Sequence record: NC_014792.1
Direction: 5' to 3' (one strand)
Origin: Escherichia phage vB_EcoM_VR7
Length of the DNA stretch: 64,000 nt
The first letter of the stretch is position 1. Each line of letters starts with the position of its first letter. The translations under genes were made by a program, and so were the position numbers. Positions 41,317-52,668 of the stretch are shown one piece after another. Under the pieces are notes generated by a model. The model was given only the letters and a program-made list of their open reading frames with translations, did no database searches and was not told the origin of the DNA.

Positions 41317-42451
41317 ATTCAGGCAGGATTACATCCGCTTGGTAGTCCGCTGGGATGTAAAGTTTATGATTTTTAAGGAAAACATTATTGATTTGAGCGA
41401 TGGTTTGCTCTGTTTCCTGGGGACGTTGATACGTGTTCATTAATACGGAGAACAAACCCGGATATGGTTTACACAGTTCTTGACCTTTAATCGCAAACTC
41501 GCGTCGGTCTTTTCCTGCCAACTGTTTCTGGGCATCAAGCAACAGTCCCAGGGTATTGGACAGATAATCCAGATGGGTCAAAGTAAAGGCATTAACTTTT
41601 TCACGAGCATAATCATCGCCAGTAAACATGGCAATAACATCATCTGCACCGCCTGCGACAACAACTTCAAAAAGACGCTGGTTATTGTTAACAGAATCCT
41701 TTGTATGGTGTAAAGCACAATACCATTCTGTCTTAACTTTAAATTTGCGACCATCGACCAGCTCATAGACAAAGCCTTCAATCTCTTTCATATCACGGAC
41801 GTTTTCAATTGTAGCCGGGTCATATGCTTCAACCAGGAATGGGCGAAGCGCGGCATCTTTAAACAAATCCCGATAAGGGATATATTCACCAGTTTCATTA
41901 TGGCGAACGTTCAGTAAAATCAGGTCACGTTCCTGGTAAGGCAAAACAATGCGGTTGGTTGGCGCAACATATTCCATATTGCATGTATAACCAGCTTCAG
42001 TAATTTCAGTTACACGCTCACGGAAAGCTATACGGTGTTCTTGTTTGAATACCTGCAGGGCTTCTGCTGCCTGGGAGCTTTTGATTGACCCTTTGGATTT
42101 AAAAGCAATATTGGTCTGGTCCATATAAGTGGAGACAAGAGAGCCATCAGCCTTGGTCATGACCAGCGCAACTTCATCCATATTGATATCCATGGTCAAC
42201 GGATTTTCGCCCAAGTTAAAGAACTTTTCCATAGGACGAGCCGCAATACGAACTGGACCATCTGCATCCATTTCAAACATAATGCCACGGCACTCTAATG
42301 CATCATCAAGGAGCCAATCACTATAGGAAGCATAGTTATAGCTAAAGATGCGGAACTTAGTTTCAAATGGAGAAACGAAATCAGTATAGAAAAACTTACC
42401 TTTTTCAGATTCAGCGCACAGCTTCATTAAGTTGTCATATAATTCAATCAT
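41315..42451 (-). CDS. rnlA: RNA ligase 1
   Basis: Strong similarity to T4 gp63 (FRIFSYNYASYSDWLL.DALECRGIMFEMD...PVRIA.RPMEKFFNL.ENP, KADGSLVSTY, GKDRK). Confidence 0.95.
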   Translation of the reverse strand: MIELYDNLMKLCAESEKGKFFYTDFVSPFETKFRIFSYNYASYSDWLLDDALECRGIMFEMDADGPVRIAARPMEKFFNLGENPLTMDINMDEVALVMTKADGSLVSTYMDQTNIAFKSKGSIKSSQAAEALQVFKQEHRIAFRERVTEITEAGYTCNMEYVAPTNRIVLPYQERDLILLNVRHNETGEYIPYRDLFKDAALRPFLVEAYDPATIENVRDMKEIEGFVYELVDGRKFKVKTEWYCALHHTKDSVNNNQRLFEVVVAGGADDVIAMFTGDDYAREKVNAFTLTHLDYLSNTLGLLLDAQKQLAGKDRREFAIKGQELCKPYPGLFSVLMNTYQRPQETEQTIAQINNVFLKNHKLYIPADYQADVILPE

Positions 42452-42864
42452 TTCTTCACCTTATGTTGGTAGTTCCACGGGGGATTAAAAAGCTTTATGA
42501 ACATCGGCTCTTCCAGAGACATAGTTTCGACTGACATCGTACCAAGTTCATTGGTCATTGATAGATTGAAACATTGTCGTGCATAGAATACCACCTTTTG
42601 ACCTGCATGTAAAGCTTCATGTATCATCCGGGATTTGTTTGAATCACTCGTTTGTTCTATACGATTGATTGCAGTCCGGTAATAATTGATTCGCTTCTTC
42701 AGGTTGTTCGTCTTACCAATATACACTAGTTCATCGTCAACTGAAATAGCGTAGATAACATTTTTCTTGTTCGCGAGTGTAAGGGTAGGGATTTTACCAT
42801 CGACTAACTCTAACTCCGCATATTTTATAAAACTGTATTCGTCAGCGATTTGTTTCATAGACAA
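42448..42864 (-). CDS. denA: Endonuclease II (GIY-YIG family)
   Basis: Near-identical to T4 DenA (EYSFIKY.ELEL, NVIYAI...DELVYIGKT.NL.KRINYYRTAINR, VFYARQCFNLSMTNELGTM, FIKLFNPPWN). Confidence 0.92.
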   Translation of the reverse strand: MSMKQIADEYSFIKYAELELVDGKIPTLTLANKKNVIYAISVDDELVYIGKTNNLKKRINYYRTAINRIEQTSDSNKSRMIHEALHAGQKVVFYARQCFNLSMTNELGTMSVETMSLEEPMFIKLFNPPWNYQHKVKK

Positions 42865-42886
42865 AAAGGGCCGAAGCCCTTTCCTT
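42862..42886. terminator. Terminator hairpin between nrdB and denA
   Basis: gggcc-gaag-ccc with flanking A/T runs. Confidence 0.65.
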
Positions 42887-44063
42887 ATAGATATTTACGG
42901 AAACCAGCAAGAACATTCTCATCGACGTCATTGTCAATCTGGGCTACCAGGTAAGCGGACAACTCAACTTCTTGTGGCGCAGATTGCACATTATCAGAAT
43001 TGAGATATTCGCGAATCCATGGAATCGGGTGCTTAGTAGATTCTAACACGATTTCACAAGGGAGACCGCATTGCTTCATACGAGAAACTGTCAGGTAATC
43101 GATGAACCGGTTAAGAATCTCGACGCTCAGCCCGGGGAGTCCACCATCTTTAAACAGATGCACAGCCCATTCTTTTTCCTGACGATTGACTTCCATGAAA
43201 ATAGCTGCGGCTTCTGCTTCACATTCGTGAGCAATTTTAACCCATTCGTCACCGTCAACACCAGTCTGCAGCTGACGAAGAATATATTGGGTTCCCTTAA
43301 GGTGGAGCTGCTCATCACGTGCGATGAACTTCATTATCTTCGCATTGCCTTCCATGATTTCCATGTTCTTATGGAAGTTGAAAGTACAAGCAAAAGATAC
43401 ATAAAAACGAATTGCTTCCAGGGCGTTAATGACATGCAGGCAGAGATAAAGAGATTTCATCAATGCTCGTTTGGCAATAGCTTCTTGTTTGATAGCTCGT
43501 TCCAAACGTTGGTCCACTTCGGGAGTTTCTTTGGCCAGTTCAACAAAAGCAATCTGGTTTTGCCATTGACGAGTTTTATTCAGAACATCATCATAGTAAT
43601 AGCCAATTGATTCGGCTCGCTTCATGATTGCATCATCTAACAGGATTTCGTCGAATACCTTCGCCGGGTCTGTATAGAGATTTCGCATGATGTGTGTATA
43701 AGAACGAGAGTGAATTGTCTCGCTGAATGTCCAGGTCTGAATCCATGTATCAAGACTCGGGTCAGAAACTAATGCGGCTAATGCTGCAGCCGGAGCACGA
43801 CCCTGGATACTGTCCAGAAGTGATTGGTACTTCAGGTTATTGGTAAAAATATTTTGTTGATGTTCAGGAAGCTTATTAAATTGAGCTCCGTCCATCATCA
43901 GGTTTACTTCCTCGGGCCGCCAGAAGAATGACAATTGCTTTTCTGTTAATTCTTCAAAAACTTTATGACGCTGGATATCATAACGGGCGATGCCCAATCC
44001 TGAACCAAAAAACATCGGCTCGGCTAAAACATCCACCGGAGTGGTATTAAAAACTGTACTCAT
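42885..44063 (-). CDS. nrdB: Ribonucleotide reductase small subunit
   Basis: 392 aa, class Ia R2 fold; position as T4 nrdB; uninterrupted (no intron). Confidence 0.93.
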   Translation of the reverse strand: MSTVFNTTPVDVLAEPMFFGSGLGIARYDIQRHKVFEELTEKQLSFFWRPEEVNLMMDGAQFNKLPEHQQNIFTNNLKYQSLLDSIQGRAPAAALAALVSDPSLDTWIQTWTFSETIHSRSYTHIMRNLYTDPAKVFDEILLDDAIMKRAESIGYYYDDVLNKTRQWQNQIAFVELAKETPEVDQRLERAIKQEAIAKRALMKSLYLCLHVINALEAIRFYVSFACTFNFHKNMEIMEGNAKIMKFIARDEQLHLKGTQYILRQLQTGVDGDEWVKIAHECEAEAAAIFMEVNRQEKEWAVHLFKDGGLPGLSVEILNRFIDYLTVSRMKQCGLPCEIVLESTKHPIPWIREYLNSDNVQSAPQEVELSAYLVAQIDNDVDENVLAGFRKYL

Positions 44064-44101
44064 TTTATTTCCTCAATAGCTCATCCATGAGCATAATTAT
44101 A

Positions 44102-46357
44102 TCAAAGTTTACAAGCGGAGCAGTCTTCTGCTTTAGGAGCTTCGATTTCGTAATCGTCTGTTCCGGAACCGTCTCTAGTGTTATGATAATAAAGGTTTTT
44201 TCCACCAAAATACCAGAAGTACATCAAGTCGTCAAGCATAACTGACATCGGAACTTTTCCTTTCGGAAAAATCTGTGGGTCATAGTATGTGTTTGCTGAA
44301 GCTGATTGACATACCCATTTCAACATAATAGCTACCATCGTAAGATAAGGTTTATTACCTTTCTTAGCTAGCACCCATGCATAATCGTACAATCCTTTAT
44401 TGTGCTCAATATTGGGCACGACTTGATTAAAGGAACCCTCTTTTGACTCTTTAATAGAGACTGGTCCACGCGGAGGTTCGATACCGTTTGTACTGTTAGA
44501 AACTTGGGAAGATGACTCACAAGGCATAAGTGCTGATAATGTGCTATTACGGATGCCATATGCAACCAGGTCTTCCCGCAACTGCGCCCAGTCACAAACG
44601 TAGTTTGGAGCTGCGATTTGGTCAATCTTTTTATTGTACCAGTCGATAGGTAATTCGCCTCGAGCCCAACGAGTGTCTGAATAATATTCGCAAGGTCCTT
44701 TTTCTTTGGCGAGCTTGATTGATGCTCGGATAAGGCCATATTGTAATCTCTCAAATAATTCATGGGTTAAATCGTTTGCATCAGCGTAAGAAGCGAAATT
44801 GCTTGCCAGCCATGCAGCATAGTTAGTAACCCCAACACCCAGGTTACGGCGTTTTTTGGCTTTCAGAGCTTCTTTAACCGGATAACCTTGGTAGTCCAAC
44901 AGGTTATCAAGAGCACGAACTTGAACTTCAGCCAGCTCGTTAATCTTGTCTTGGTCCTGCCAGTCAAAACTATCCAGAACAAATGCAGACAATGTGCACA
45001 ATCCGATTTCAGCGTCTTCACTGTTTACATCAGTAGTCGGGATTGCAATTTCACAACATAAATTCGATTGACGAATCGGAGCCTTATCGCGGATGAACGG
45101 AGTATAGTCATTCACATTATCAACGAACTGCGGATAAACTCGGGCAGTGCCGGAACGTTCGGTCATGAATAATTCGAACAGGTCTTTTGCTTTGATGCGC
45201 TTCTTACGAACTGTCGGGTCTTTTTCCAAGGCTTCGTATAACTCACGGAATTTATCCGGGTTATCAAAATATGAATAATACAATTCACCACCGGCTTCGT
45301 GTGGACTAAACAGAGTGATGTAATCATTCTTAGCCAGTCGTTCCATCATCAGGTTATTCAACTGAACACCATAGTCCATATGTCTGATGCGGTTTTCTTC
45401 AACGCCCTTGTTGTTCTTCAGAACGAGTAAATTTTCAACTTCCAAATGCCATAAAGGATAATAAGCAGTAGCAGCGCCGCCACGGATTCCACCTTGTGAA
45501 CAGGATTTAACAGCCGTTTGGAAATGTTTCCAGAACGGAATAACACCAGTATGCTTGACTTCACCCATACCGATTTTCGAACCTTCAGCACGAATCATGC
45601 CAACGTTGATACCGATACCCGCCCGCTTACTGATATATTCGATGATTGAATTGGCGGTCTTATTGATTGACTTCAGGGAGTCAGCAGCTTCGATAACCAC
45701 ACAGGAACTGAACTGCCGGGTAGGTGTTCTGGCGCCCGCCATGATAGGTGTGGGCAACGAAACCTGTCTTGTGGATACTGCATCATAAAAACGGCAAACG
45801 TGCTTCAGACGGTCCGTTGGTTCATCCTGGTGCAGTGCCATGCCGATAGCCATGATAGCGAATTGCGGAGTCTCGTAGATTTTACCGGTGGTTTTATCTT
45901 TAACCAGGTATTTCTCTTTCAACTGCATCGCGCCTGCATAAGTCAGGTCAAAATCACGTTCGTGTTTGATACGAGATTCCAGATAAGTAATCTCTTCGGC
46001 GGAGTAGCTTGACAACAGTTCCGGGTCATATTTGCCTTCATTGACACAATAAGAAATCTGGTCAATAAAAGAACGTGGCTCGAACTGACCATAGACATCT
46101 TTACGCAGAGCAAACATCGTAGCTTTGGCCGCAACATATTGGTAATCTGGTTCTTCAACCGAGATAAGTCCAGCAGACACTTTGATGATAACCGTCTGAA
46201 TATCGCGAGTAGTCATACCATCGCGCAGATGTGGTTTGATTGTTTCGTATAATTCATACGGGTCGATATTAGTTCCTTCACATGACCAGGAAAGAACTTT
46301 AATAATTTTCTGGCCATCAAAATCTTGAGATACGCCACTACTTTTTTGTACTTGCAT
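44102..46357 (-). CDS. nrdA: Ribonucleotide reductase large subunit
   Basis: 751 aa; conserved RNR catalytic motifs (e.g. NLCCEI); position as T4 nrdA. Confidence 0.95.
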   Translation of the reverse strand: MQVQKSSGVSQDFDGQKIIKVLSWSCEGTNIDPYELYETIKPHLRDGMTTRDIQTVIIKVSAGLISVEEPDYQYVAAKATMFALRKDVYGQFEPRSFIDQISYCVNEGKYDPELLSSYSAEEITYLESRIKHERDFDLTYAGAMQLKEKYLVKDKTTGKIYETPQFAIMAIGMALHQDEPTDRLKHVCRFYDAVSTRQVSLPTPIMAGARTPTRQFSSCVVIEAADSLKSINKTANSIIEYISKRAGIGINVGMIRAEGSKIGMGEVKHTGVIPFWKHFQTAVKSCSQGGIRGGAATAYYPLWHLEVENLLVLKNNKGVEENRIRHMDYGVQLNNLMMERLAKNDYITLFSPHEAGGELYYSYFDNPDKFRELYEALEKDPTVRKKRIKAKDLFELFMTERSGTARVYPQFVDNVNDYTPFIRDKAPIRQSNLCCEIAIPTTDVNSEDAEIGLCTLSAFVLDSFDWQDQDKINELAEVQVRALDNLLDYQGYPVKEALKAKKRRNLGVGVTNYAAWLASNFASYADANDLTHELFERLQYGLIRASIKLAKEKGPCEYYSDTRWARGELPIDWYNKKIDQIAAPNYVCDWAQLREDLVAYGIRNSTLSALMPCESSSQVSNSTNGIEPPRGPVSIKESKEGSFNQVVPNIEHNKGLYDYAWVLAKKGNKPYLTMVAIMLKWVCQSASANTYYDPQIFPKGKVPMSVMLDDLMYFWYFGGKNLYYHNTRDGSGTDDYEIEAPKAEDCSACKL

Positions 46358-46377
46358 GTTTTCCTCTGTTATAAAAT

Positions 46378-46430
46378 GGGGTCATGCTTATACTAACACA
46401 TGACCCCTGGAGCGGAATCGTATTTATAGA
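46378..46430 (-). promoter_or_regulatory. 9-bp stem hairpin plus a late-promoter-like TATAAATA between td and nrdA
   Basis: ggggtcatg-cttatactaaca-catgacccc; minus-strand TATAAATA at ~46421-46428. Confidence 0.4.
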
Positions 46431-46488
46431 AGGAAGTTAAGTCCGACCATTACGACCAAAAATAAAATGCCAGCAATTTGAATTTTCA

Positions 46489-48147
<1,659 letters not shown>

Positions 48148-48151
<4 letters not shown>

Positions 48152-48486
48152 TTTAATTCCTTAACTGCCTTTTTAATGGCAGTAAAATCTTTGCGAATAT
48201 CGAGAACCAATTTGTAAAGATGTTTAATTGTATCTGTATCAAAATATGATACCGCGCAACGTGATTGGCGAATATCTTCTAATGAATATTTGCTTTCGCT
48301 TGTGCCATATCCAATGATACCACTAATGCACTTGTCATTAAGCGTATACTTCTGGGGGACATCAATAATATTTTTAGGATAGATGTAAAGGCTCCAATCA
48401 AATTTTTGTTCAAGCGTATTAACCTTAACTTCAAGAACCAGTTCAGGATGCGCATCATCTTTAGCAAAACAAGTGTATTCAACAAG
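48148..48486 (-). CDS. Hypothetical protein (~113 aa from internal ATG)
   Basis: ORF-track 48148..48726 overlaps the neighbouring ORF in another frame, so an internal start is assumed. Confidence 0.3.
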
Positions 48487-48499
48487 CATTATATTTTCC

Positions 48500-48739
48500 T
48501 CACGCTTTCTTAGCGATTTTCCAGTCAGCTTTAAATTGGTCAACATCAGAGTGGTGAATCCAGAAACCAGATGAGCTACCATCTTCATAAAGAGGACAAC
48601 CATCACACTCATCTTTCCAACCCATTGCACACAAAGTTTCTTCTGCTTTTTCCAGAGCTTCTGGATTGTTACCTTGGATTGTGAAGTACCATTTGCCTTT
48701 AACTTCTGAATCTTTGATGCTCTCACGTTTTAATTTCAT
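48500..48739 (-). CDS. Hypothetical protein (79 aa)
   Basis: ORF; early promoter and hairpin upstream. Confidence 0.35.
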   Translation of the reverse strand: MKLKRESIKDSEVKGKWYFTIQGNNPEALEKAEETLCAMGWKDECDGCPLYEDGSSSGFWIHHSDVDQFKADWKIAKKA

Positions 48740-48798
48740 TTTATTCTCCTCAAGTTGGTAAGGCTATAGTATCACTACCATAGCCCTGTTGTAAACAT

Positions 48799-49026
48799 TT
48801 ATTTTTGAATTAAGCCCATATAAAATTCAGCATCTTCAACATGCATACCATCACAATACTCGTCAGTCATAAAACGAGTCAGGTCTTCAAGAGGGCCTTG
48901 AACTTCAATTTGGATACTAAAGAATTGAGTATCTTTTATGTAAGTCATACTCAAAGAAGGATAACGATTACGGATAACTTCGTAAGTGTATTCAAAATCA
49001 ACAATATCAATATTAACTTTAGCCAT
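48799..49026 (-). CDS. Hypothetical protein (75 aa)
   Basis: ORF; early promoter and hairpin upstream. Confidence 0.4.
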   Translation of the reverse strand: MAKVNIDIVDFEYTYEVIRNRYPSLSMTYIKDTQFFSIQIEVQGPLEDLTRFMTDEYCDGMHVEDAEFYMGLIQK

Positions 49027-49090
49027 TTTATTTTCCTCATGTAGTTGATAGGTCTATAGTATCTCAACCATAGACAGTGTACACTACTTT

Positions 49091-49357
49091 TTAAATTTTA
49101 TCAAGCCATTTGCCAAGTTTAGTCATTTCTTTAGTAGCTTTTTCTAGACTTCTGAACTTGACTAACAAAGGATAAGTATCTACACCCATAACTAAAGTGG
49201 TTACAAGACTATGCTCGCCTACAAGCCATAGAGAATACGTTTGAACATCAAGTCCGTAATTTCGGTCTTTATGAACACGTACACCCATCACTTCAAACTG
49301 TTCGCTGGCTTTTTCTACTGCATCCAGGAAATCATCTTTAGTCATATTAAATTCCAA
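49091..49357 (-). CDS. Hypothetical protein (88 aa)
   Basis: ORF. Confidence 0.4.
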   Translation of the reverse strand: MEFNMTKDDFLDAVEKASEQFEVMGVRVHKDRNYGLDVQTYSLWLVGEHSLVTTLVMGVDTYPLLVKFRSLEKATKEMTKLGKWLDKI

Positions 49358-49718
49358 AGGTAGCTTTAATCAAGGCAATGACTTCCGCTGCATTTTTGTG
49401 ATTAACCTGCACATGAATGGTTTGCGTGTCAACAACAGGAGCTGGAGCTTCATCCACTTCTAAGAAGTATTGGAATTCACCTTCAGCGAGCTCGAAATAG
49501 TATTCACCTTTCATGTCCATGGAAGTAAAGATTGTCCCGTCTTTCATTTCAATCATTTCAACAAAATACTCACCATAATAGCATCCCATATCCAGAACTT
49601 TAAAGGTGTCACCACACTCTGCCATCCGCTTAACCATAAGTGCATTATCATCTGGACAGTCAGCGATGAAACGTTTTTTAGCAGCGGGGTCTAATACGTA
49701 AGTTTTACCAGTTTCCAT
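49347..49718 (-). CDS. Hypothetical protein (123 aa)
   Basis: ORF; early promoter and hairpin upstream. Confidence 0.4.
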   Translation of the reverse strand: METGKTYVLDPAAKKRFIADCPDDNALMVKRMAECGDTFKVLDMGCYYGEYFVEMIEMKDGTIFTSMDMKGEYYFELAEGEFQYFLEVDEAPAPVVDTQTIHVQVNHKNAAEVIALIKATFGI

Positions 49719-49792
49719 TTTTATTTCCTCAGTTGTTATCAGCAGTTGATGGAATCATTATGCCTTAGCTCAAGGAGCTTGTACACTACTTT

Positions 49793-49826
49793 TTGAAAAT
49801 AAAAAAGGGACCCGAAGGTCCCCTTA
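49793..49826 (-). terminator. Rho-independent terminator after gene 32
   Basis: gggaccc-gaa-ggtcccc with a T-run on the minus strand. Confidence 0.8.
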
Positions 49827-49828
49827 TA

Positions 49829-50740
49829 TTAAAGGCCAGCCAGAAGGTCGTCAAGACCATCATCAGAAGGCTCTGGAGTGCTTGGAGCAGTCGCAGTGCG
49901 TTCAGACTTAGCAGGTTTGTTGGAAGTGAAGTCTTCCATATCTTTATCAAAATCGTCCAGGTCAGCGCCCAGTTTATCAGCTTGTGCAGCAGCTTTAGAA
50001 GCAGCACCGCCGAGAGCAGCCGTACCCATTACTTTAGAGAATTTCTTCTGATTCTCTTCAAGGGATTTAAACACCAGCAATTCATTCAGGTCAGACATTT
50101 CGTCCCAAAGTTTTTTCTGGAACGCTTCATCATTGATGCCAGCGATTTCAGACTGGTTCATGAATTTGGAATCATCGTAGTTTTTATAACCGGAAACCAT
50201 TTTAGATTTCAGTACGAAGTTCGCACCTTCAAAAGGACAAGTTACATCAATAGCTGTTTCGCCCATGTCAACATCGACTTCAACCATCTGGTTGATTTTG
50301 TCCATGATTTTCTTACCGAAGCGGTATTTGAATACTTGACCTTCGTTAGACGGAACAGCAGGGTCTTTAATGACCAGGATGTTAGCCCAGTAAGAAGTAT
50401 TACGCTTCAGTTTACGATATTCGGATTCGTTTGTATTGTACAGGTCATTCTTATTCATGTACGCACACACAGGACAGTTTTCATAGTCGCCGTGAGTAGA
50501 AGTACAGTTTTCAATATACCATTGACCAGCATTTTTAAAGCCGTGGTTAACCAACTTAATGAACGGAGATGGATTTTCTTCATTCTTAGAAGGCAGGAAA
50601 CGAATAACCGCAGAGCCGACGCCATCAGTATCTTTCAGTTTCCATTCTTTTTTATCGTCAGAAGAGAAACCGGCACCACCTTTCAGAGCGTTCAGGGAAG
50701 CGGCGAGGTCAGCTGGGTTACGACGTTTAAACATAGACAT
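49829..50740 (-). CDS. 32: Single-stranded DNA-binding protein gp32
   Basis: Strong similarity to T4 gp32 ([78 protein letters not shown]); acidic C-terminus. Confidence 0.97.
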   Translation of the reverse strand: MSMFKRRNPADLAASLNALKGGAGFSSDDKKEWKLKDTDGVGSAVIRFLPSKNEENPSPFIKLVNHGFKNAGQWYIENCTSTHGDYENCPVCAYMNKNDLYNTNESEYRKLKRNTSYWANILVIKDPAVPSNEGQVFKYRFGKKIMDKINQMVEVDVDMGETAIDVTCPFEGANFVLKSKMVSGYKNYDDSKFMNQSEIAGINDEAFQKKLWDEMSDLNELLVFKSLEENQKKFSKVMGTAALGGAASKAAAQADKLGADLDDFDKDMEDFTSNKPAKSERTATAPSTPEPSDDGLDDLLAGL

Positions 50741-50921
50741 AGTGATTTCCTTAGATTATTTGATTTTAACAGTTGTTTTGATTACGTATTAATTATACTA
50801 CTTTTTATTTAAAGCGCATTTATCACGGTGACGTTTTAAATGATTTATAGATGTTTCATATCCACATAAATCACAAATGGCCCTTGGTAATTTTTTACCT
50901 TTAAACCCTTTGGGATGAATA

Positions 50922-51470
50922 TTATCTGGGTTTGAGTAACGGCGCTTTAGCAGAATCACTAAGAGTTTTTATCACTTCAATACCTCTGATATTATTTATT
51001 TTATCATCTTTTTCATAAAAGCGATTTAAGCCTTCAGAAATTGATTTCTTATGCTCCGTGCTTTTTGGAACATCCTTTTGTGCTTCCGAAATACATTGAT
51101 TTGTGTATATGGAATTTTTCATTCCATATCTTGGTGCGCGTTCACCGGCACCACCAAATGCACCATGAGCTGTTGCTTTATTAAAGAATAGCGGTGATTT
51201 TGGTATATTATAATGAGAGTGGTACCACTCTTCCTCGTCCAAAACATCTTCACAGACATCGAGTATTTTAACTGTCGGCTTTTCGAGTTGAATAGCTTCA
51301 AGAAAATCAGCTTGCTCACATGAGGACCAATATTCTCTTCTTGAAGTATATTTCAAATCAATTATAACACCATTTTCAAAAGCGCAATTATGCTTTGACC
51401 CAATGTAAAAATAAGGAGGTGTTTTATTTTTCAGACGAGTTTCAAATGTAAACCAATATACAACATTCAA
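50922..51470 (-). CDS. Putative GIY-YIG-type homing endonuclease (SegG-like position next to gene 32)
   Basis: N-terminal VVYWFTFETRLKNKTPPYFYIGSKHN resembles a degenerate GIY...YIG motif; sits between genes 59 and 32 where T4 has segG. Confidence 0.45.
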   Translation of the reverse strand: MNVVYWFTFETRLKNKTPPYFYIGSKHNCAFENGVIIDLKYTSRREYWSSCEQADFLEAIQLEKPTVKILDVCEDVLDEEEWYHSHYNIPKSPLFFNKATAHGAFGGAGERAPRYGMKNSIYTNQCISEAQKDVPKSTEHKKSISEGLNRFYEKDDKINNIRGIEVIKTLSDSAKAPLLKPR

Positions 51471-52120
51471 AACTTACACCCTTTAACAGTCTCGATGAAC
51501 AATTTACGAGCTTCAAGAGCATCTATATTTAAGATTTTCTTATAAGCATTTAGTTTGGTTGAATACTTATCCCAAACCAAATCGTTAGTCTGTTCATCAT
51601 GTTTATTTATTATATGCAAAAATGAGTCAAGCAAACAAAACGTTTCAAATGAGATAACATTCGATTGGAGAAGTTTGAAAATATAACTTGTGTTCACTTT
51701 AGTATTATACTCAAAAATCTCTTGAAGCGATTTGACTTCACTTTTCTTACTAAAGTAATAGATGTTCTTTATATCATCTTCGTATACTTGTTTAATTCTT
51801 TTAAGTCTGCCGATGTATTCCCTATAAAATATCAGAGCATCGGCATCACTTATATCACCTATCCATGCATCCTGGTTCGCGACCAGGTTTGACATGAATA
51901 TTAACGTTAATTCTTTGAGAGTGTACTTATCGCTAAGCTTTTCGAAAAAATACTTGTCACGACGTTTTTGATAAGCACTATCGGAGATTCGCATGGTCCA
52001 GTTATATTTGATAATATCATAACGACCCGAAAAATGCTGTTTGATGGATAAGTACAGTTGATATACTGATTTACCATTTATGTATCGGTTGTTATTTGGA
52101 GGCATGCGAATCGTAATCAT
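51467..52120 (-). CDS. 59: Helicase loader gp59
   Basis: Near-identical to T4 gp59 (GKSVY.LYL.IKQH..G.YD.IKYNW.MR.SD.AYQKRRDKYFF.KLS.KY.LKEL.LIF.SNLVANQDAWIGDISDADAL.FYREYIGRLK); 217 aa. Confidence 0.95.
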   Translation of the reverse strand: MITIRMPPNNNRYINGKSVYQLYLSIKQHFSGRYDIIKYNWTMRISDSAYQKRRDKYFFEKLSDKYTLKELTLIFMSNLVANQDAWIGDISDADALIFYREYIGRLKRIKQVYEDDIKNIYYFSKKSEVKSLQEIFEYNTKVNTSYIFKLLQSNVISFETFCLLDSFLHIINKHDEQTNDLVWDKYSTKLNAYKKILNIDALEARKLFIETVKGCKF

Positions 52121-52437
52121 AACAAAAAGTCCAGCGTATTAGTTTTCTGTGTACGAGACATACTTGGACGAAGCAGGTTATCATCATATGCTTCGTTCAT
52201 AATCTTATCAATGATTCCTGCCGGGATATATCGAGCAAAATTACCCTCAGGAACACCACGTTCTTCTAACCAGGCAGTCGTAGCTTCCAGATAAGACATT
52301 TCAGTTGACTCAACCATGGCTTCAATATCAAGCCCGTTTTGCTGTTTACTAATCGCCCCGGAAGGCGATTCAGTTTTCTGTGTATCAAAATTAACTAAAG
52401 AGGACATCATAGAGCTCCACAGCTTCGGTTTTTTCAT
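52117..52437 (-). CDS. 33: Late transcription accessory protein gp33 (start uncertain)
   Basis: Position between 59 and dsbA as in T4; ORF-track start 52506 would overlap dsbA extensively, so an internal Met is assumed. Confidence 0.55.
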   Translation of the reverse strand: MKKPKLWSSMMSSLVNFDTQKTESPSGAISKQQNGLDIEAMVESTEMSYLEATTAWLEERGVPEGNFARYIPAGIIDKIMNEAYDDNLLRPSMSRTQKTNTLDFLL

Positions 52438-52660
52438 CTTCAAAACGCTCACGAGTACCTTTATGATACAGGCCGAGCTGTGTATTGAACATCTTACCGT
52501 CAACACCTAATTCAGTTTTTGCCTTATCTTTAAGGTCTTTAATTTCGTCTGCATATGCTTCCATTTTTAATTTAGTATCGGAAGCAGCTTTAATCAGCTT
52601 GGCCAGTTCAGCACCGTGAGTATCAGGACAAAATTCAACTTTCACTTTTTTCTCTTTCAT
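52391..52660 (-). CDS. dsbA: dsDNA-binding late transcription enhancer
   Basis: 89 aa, same length and position as T4 DsbA. Confidence 0.65.
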   Translation of the reverse strand: MKEKKVKVEFCPDTHGAELAKLIKAASDTKLKMEAYADEIKDLKDKAKTELGVDGKMFNTQLGLYHKGTRERFEDEKTEAVELYDVLFS

Positions 52661-52668
52661 AATATACC

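Noticed and set aside
43071-43610. 179-aa plus-strand ORF inside nrdB
   Set aside because: Antisense to the conserved RNR small subunit
49793-50812. 339-aa plus-strand ORF spanning gene 32
   Set aside because: Antisense to conserved gp32; F/I/R-rich nonsense-like product with no start context
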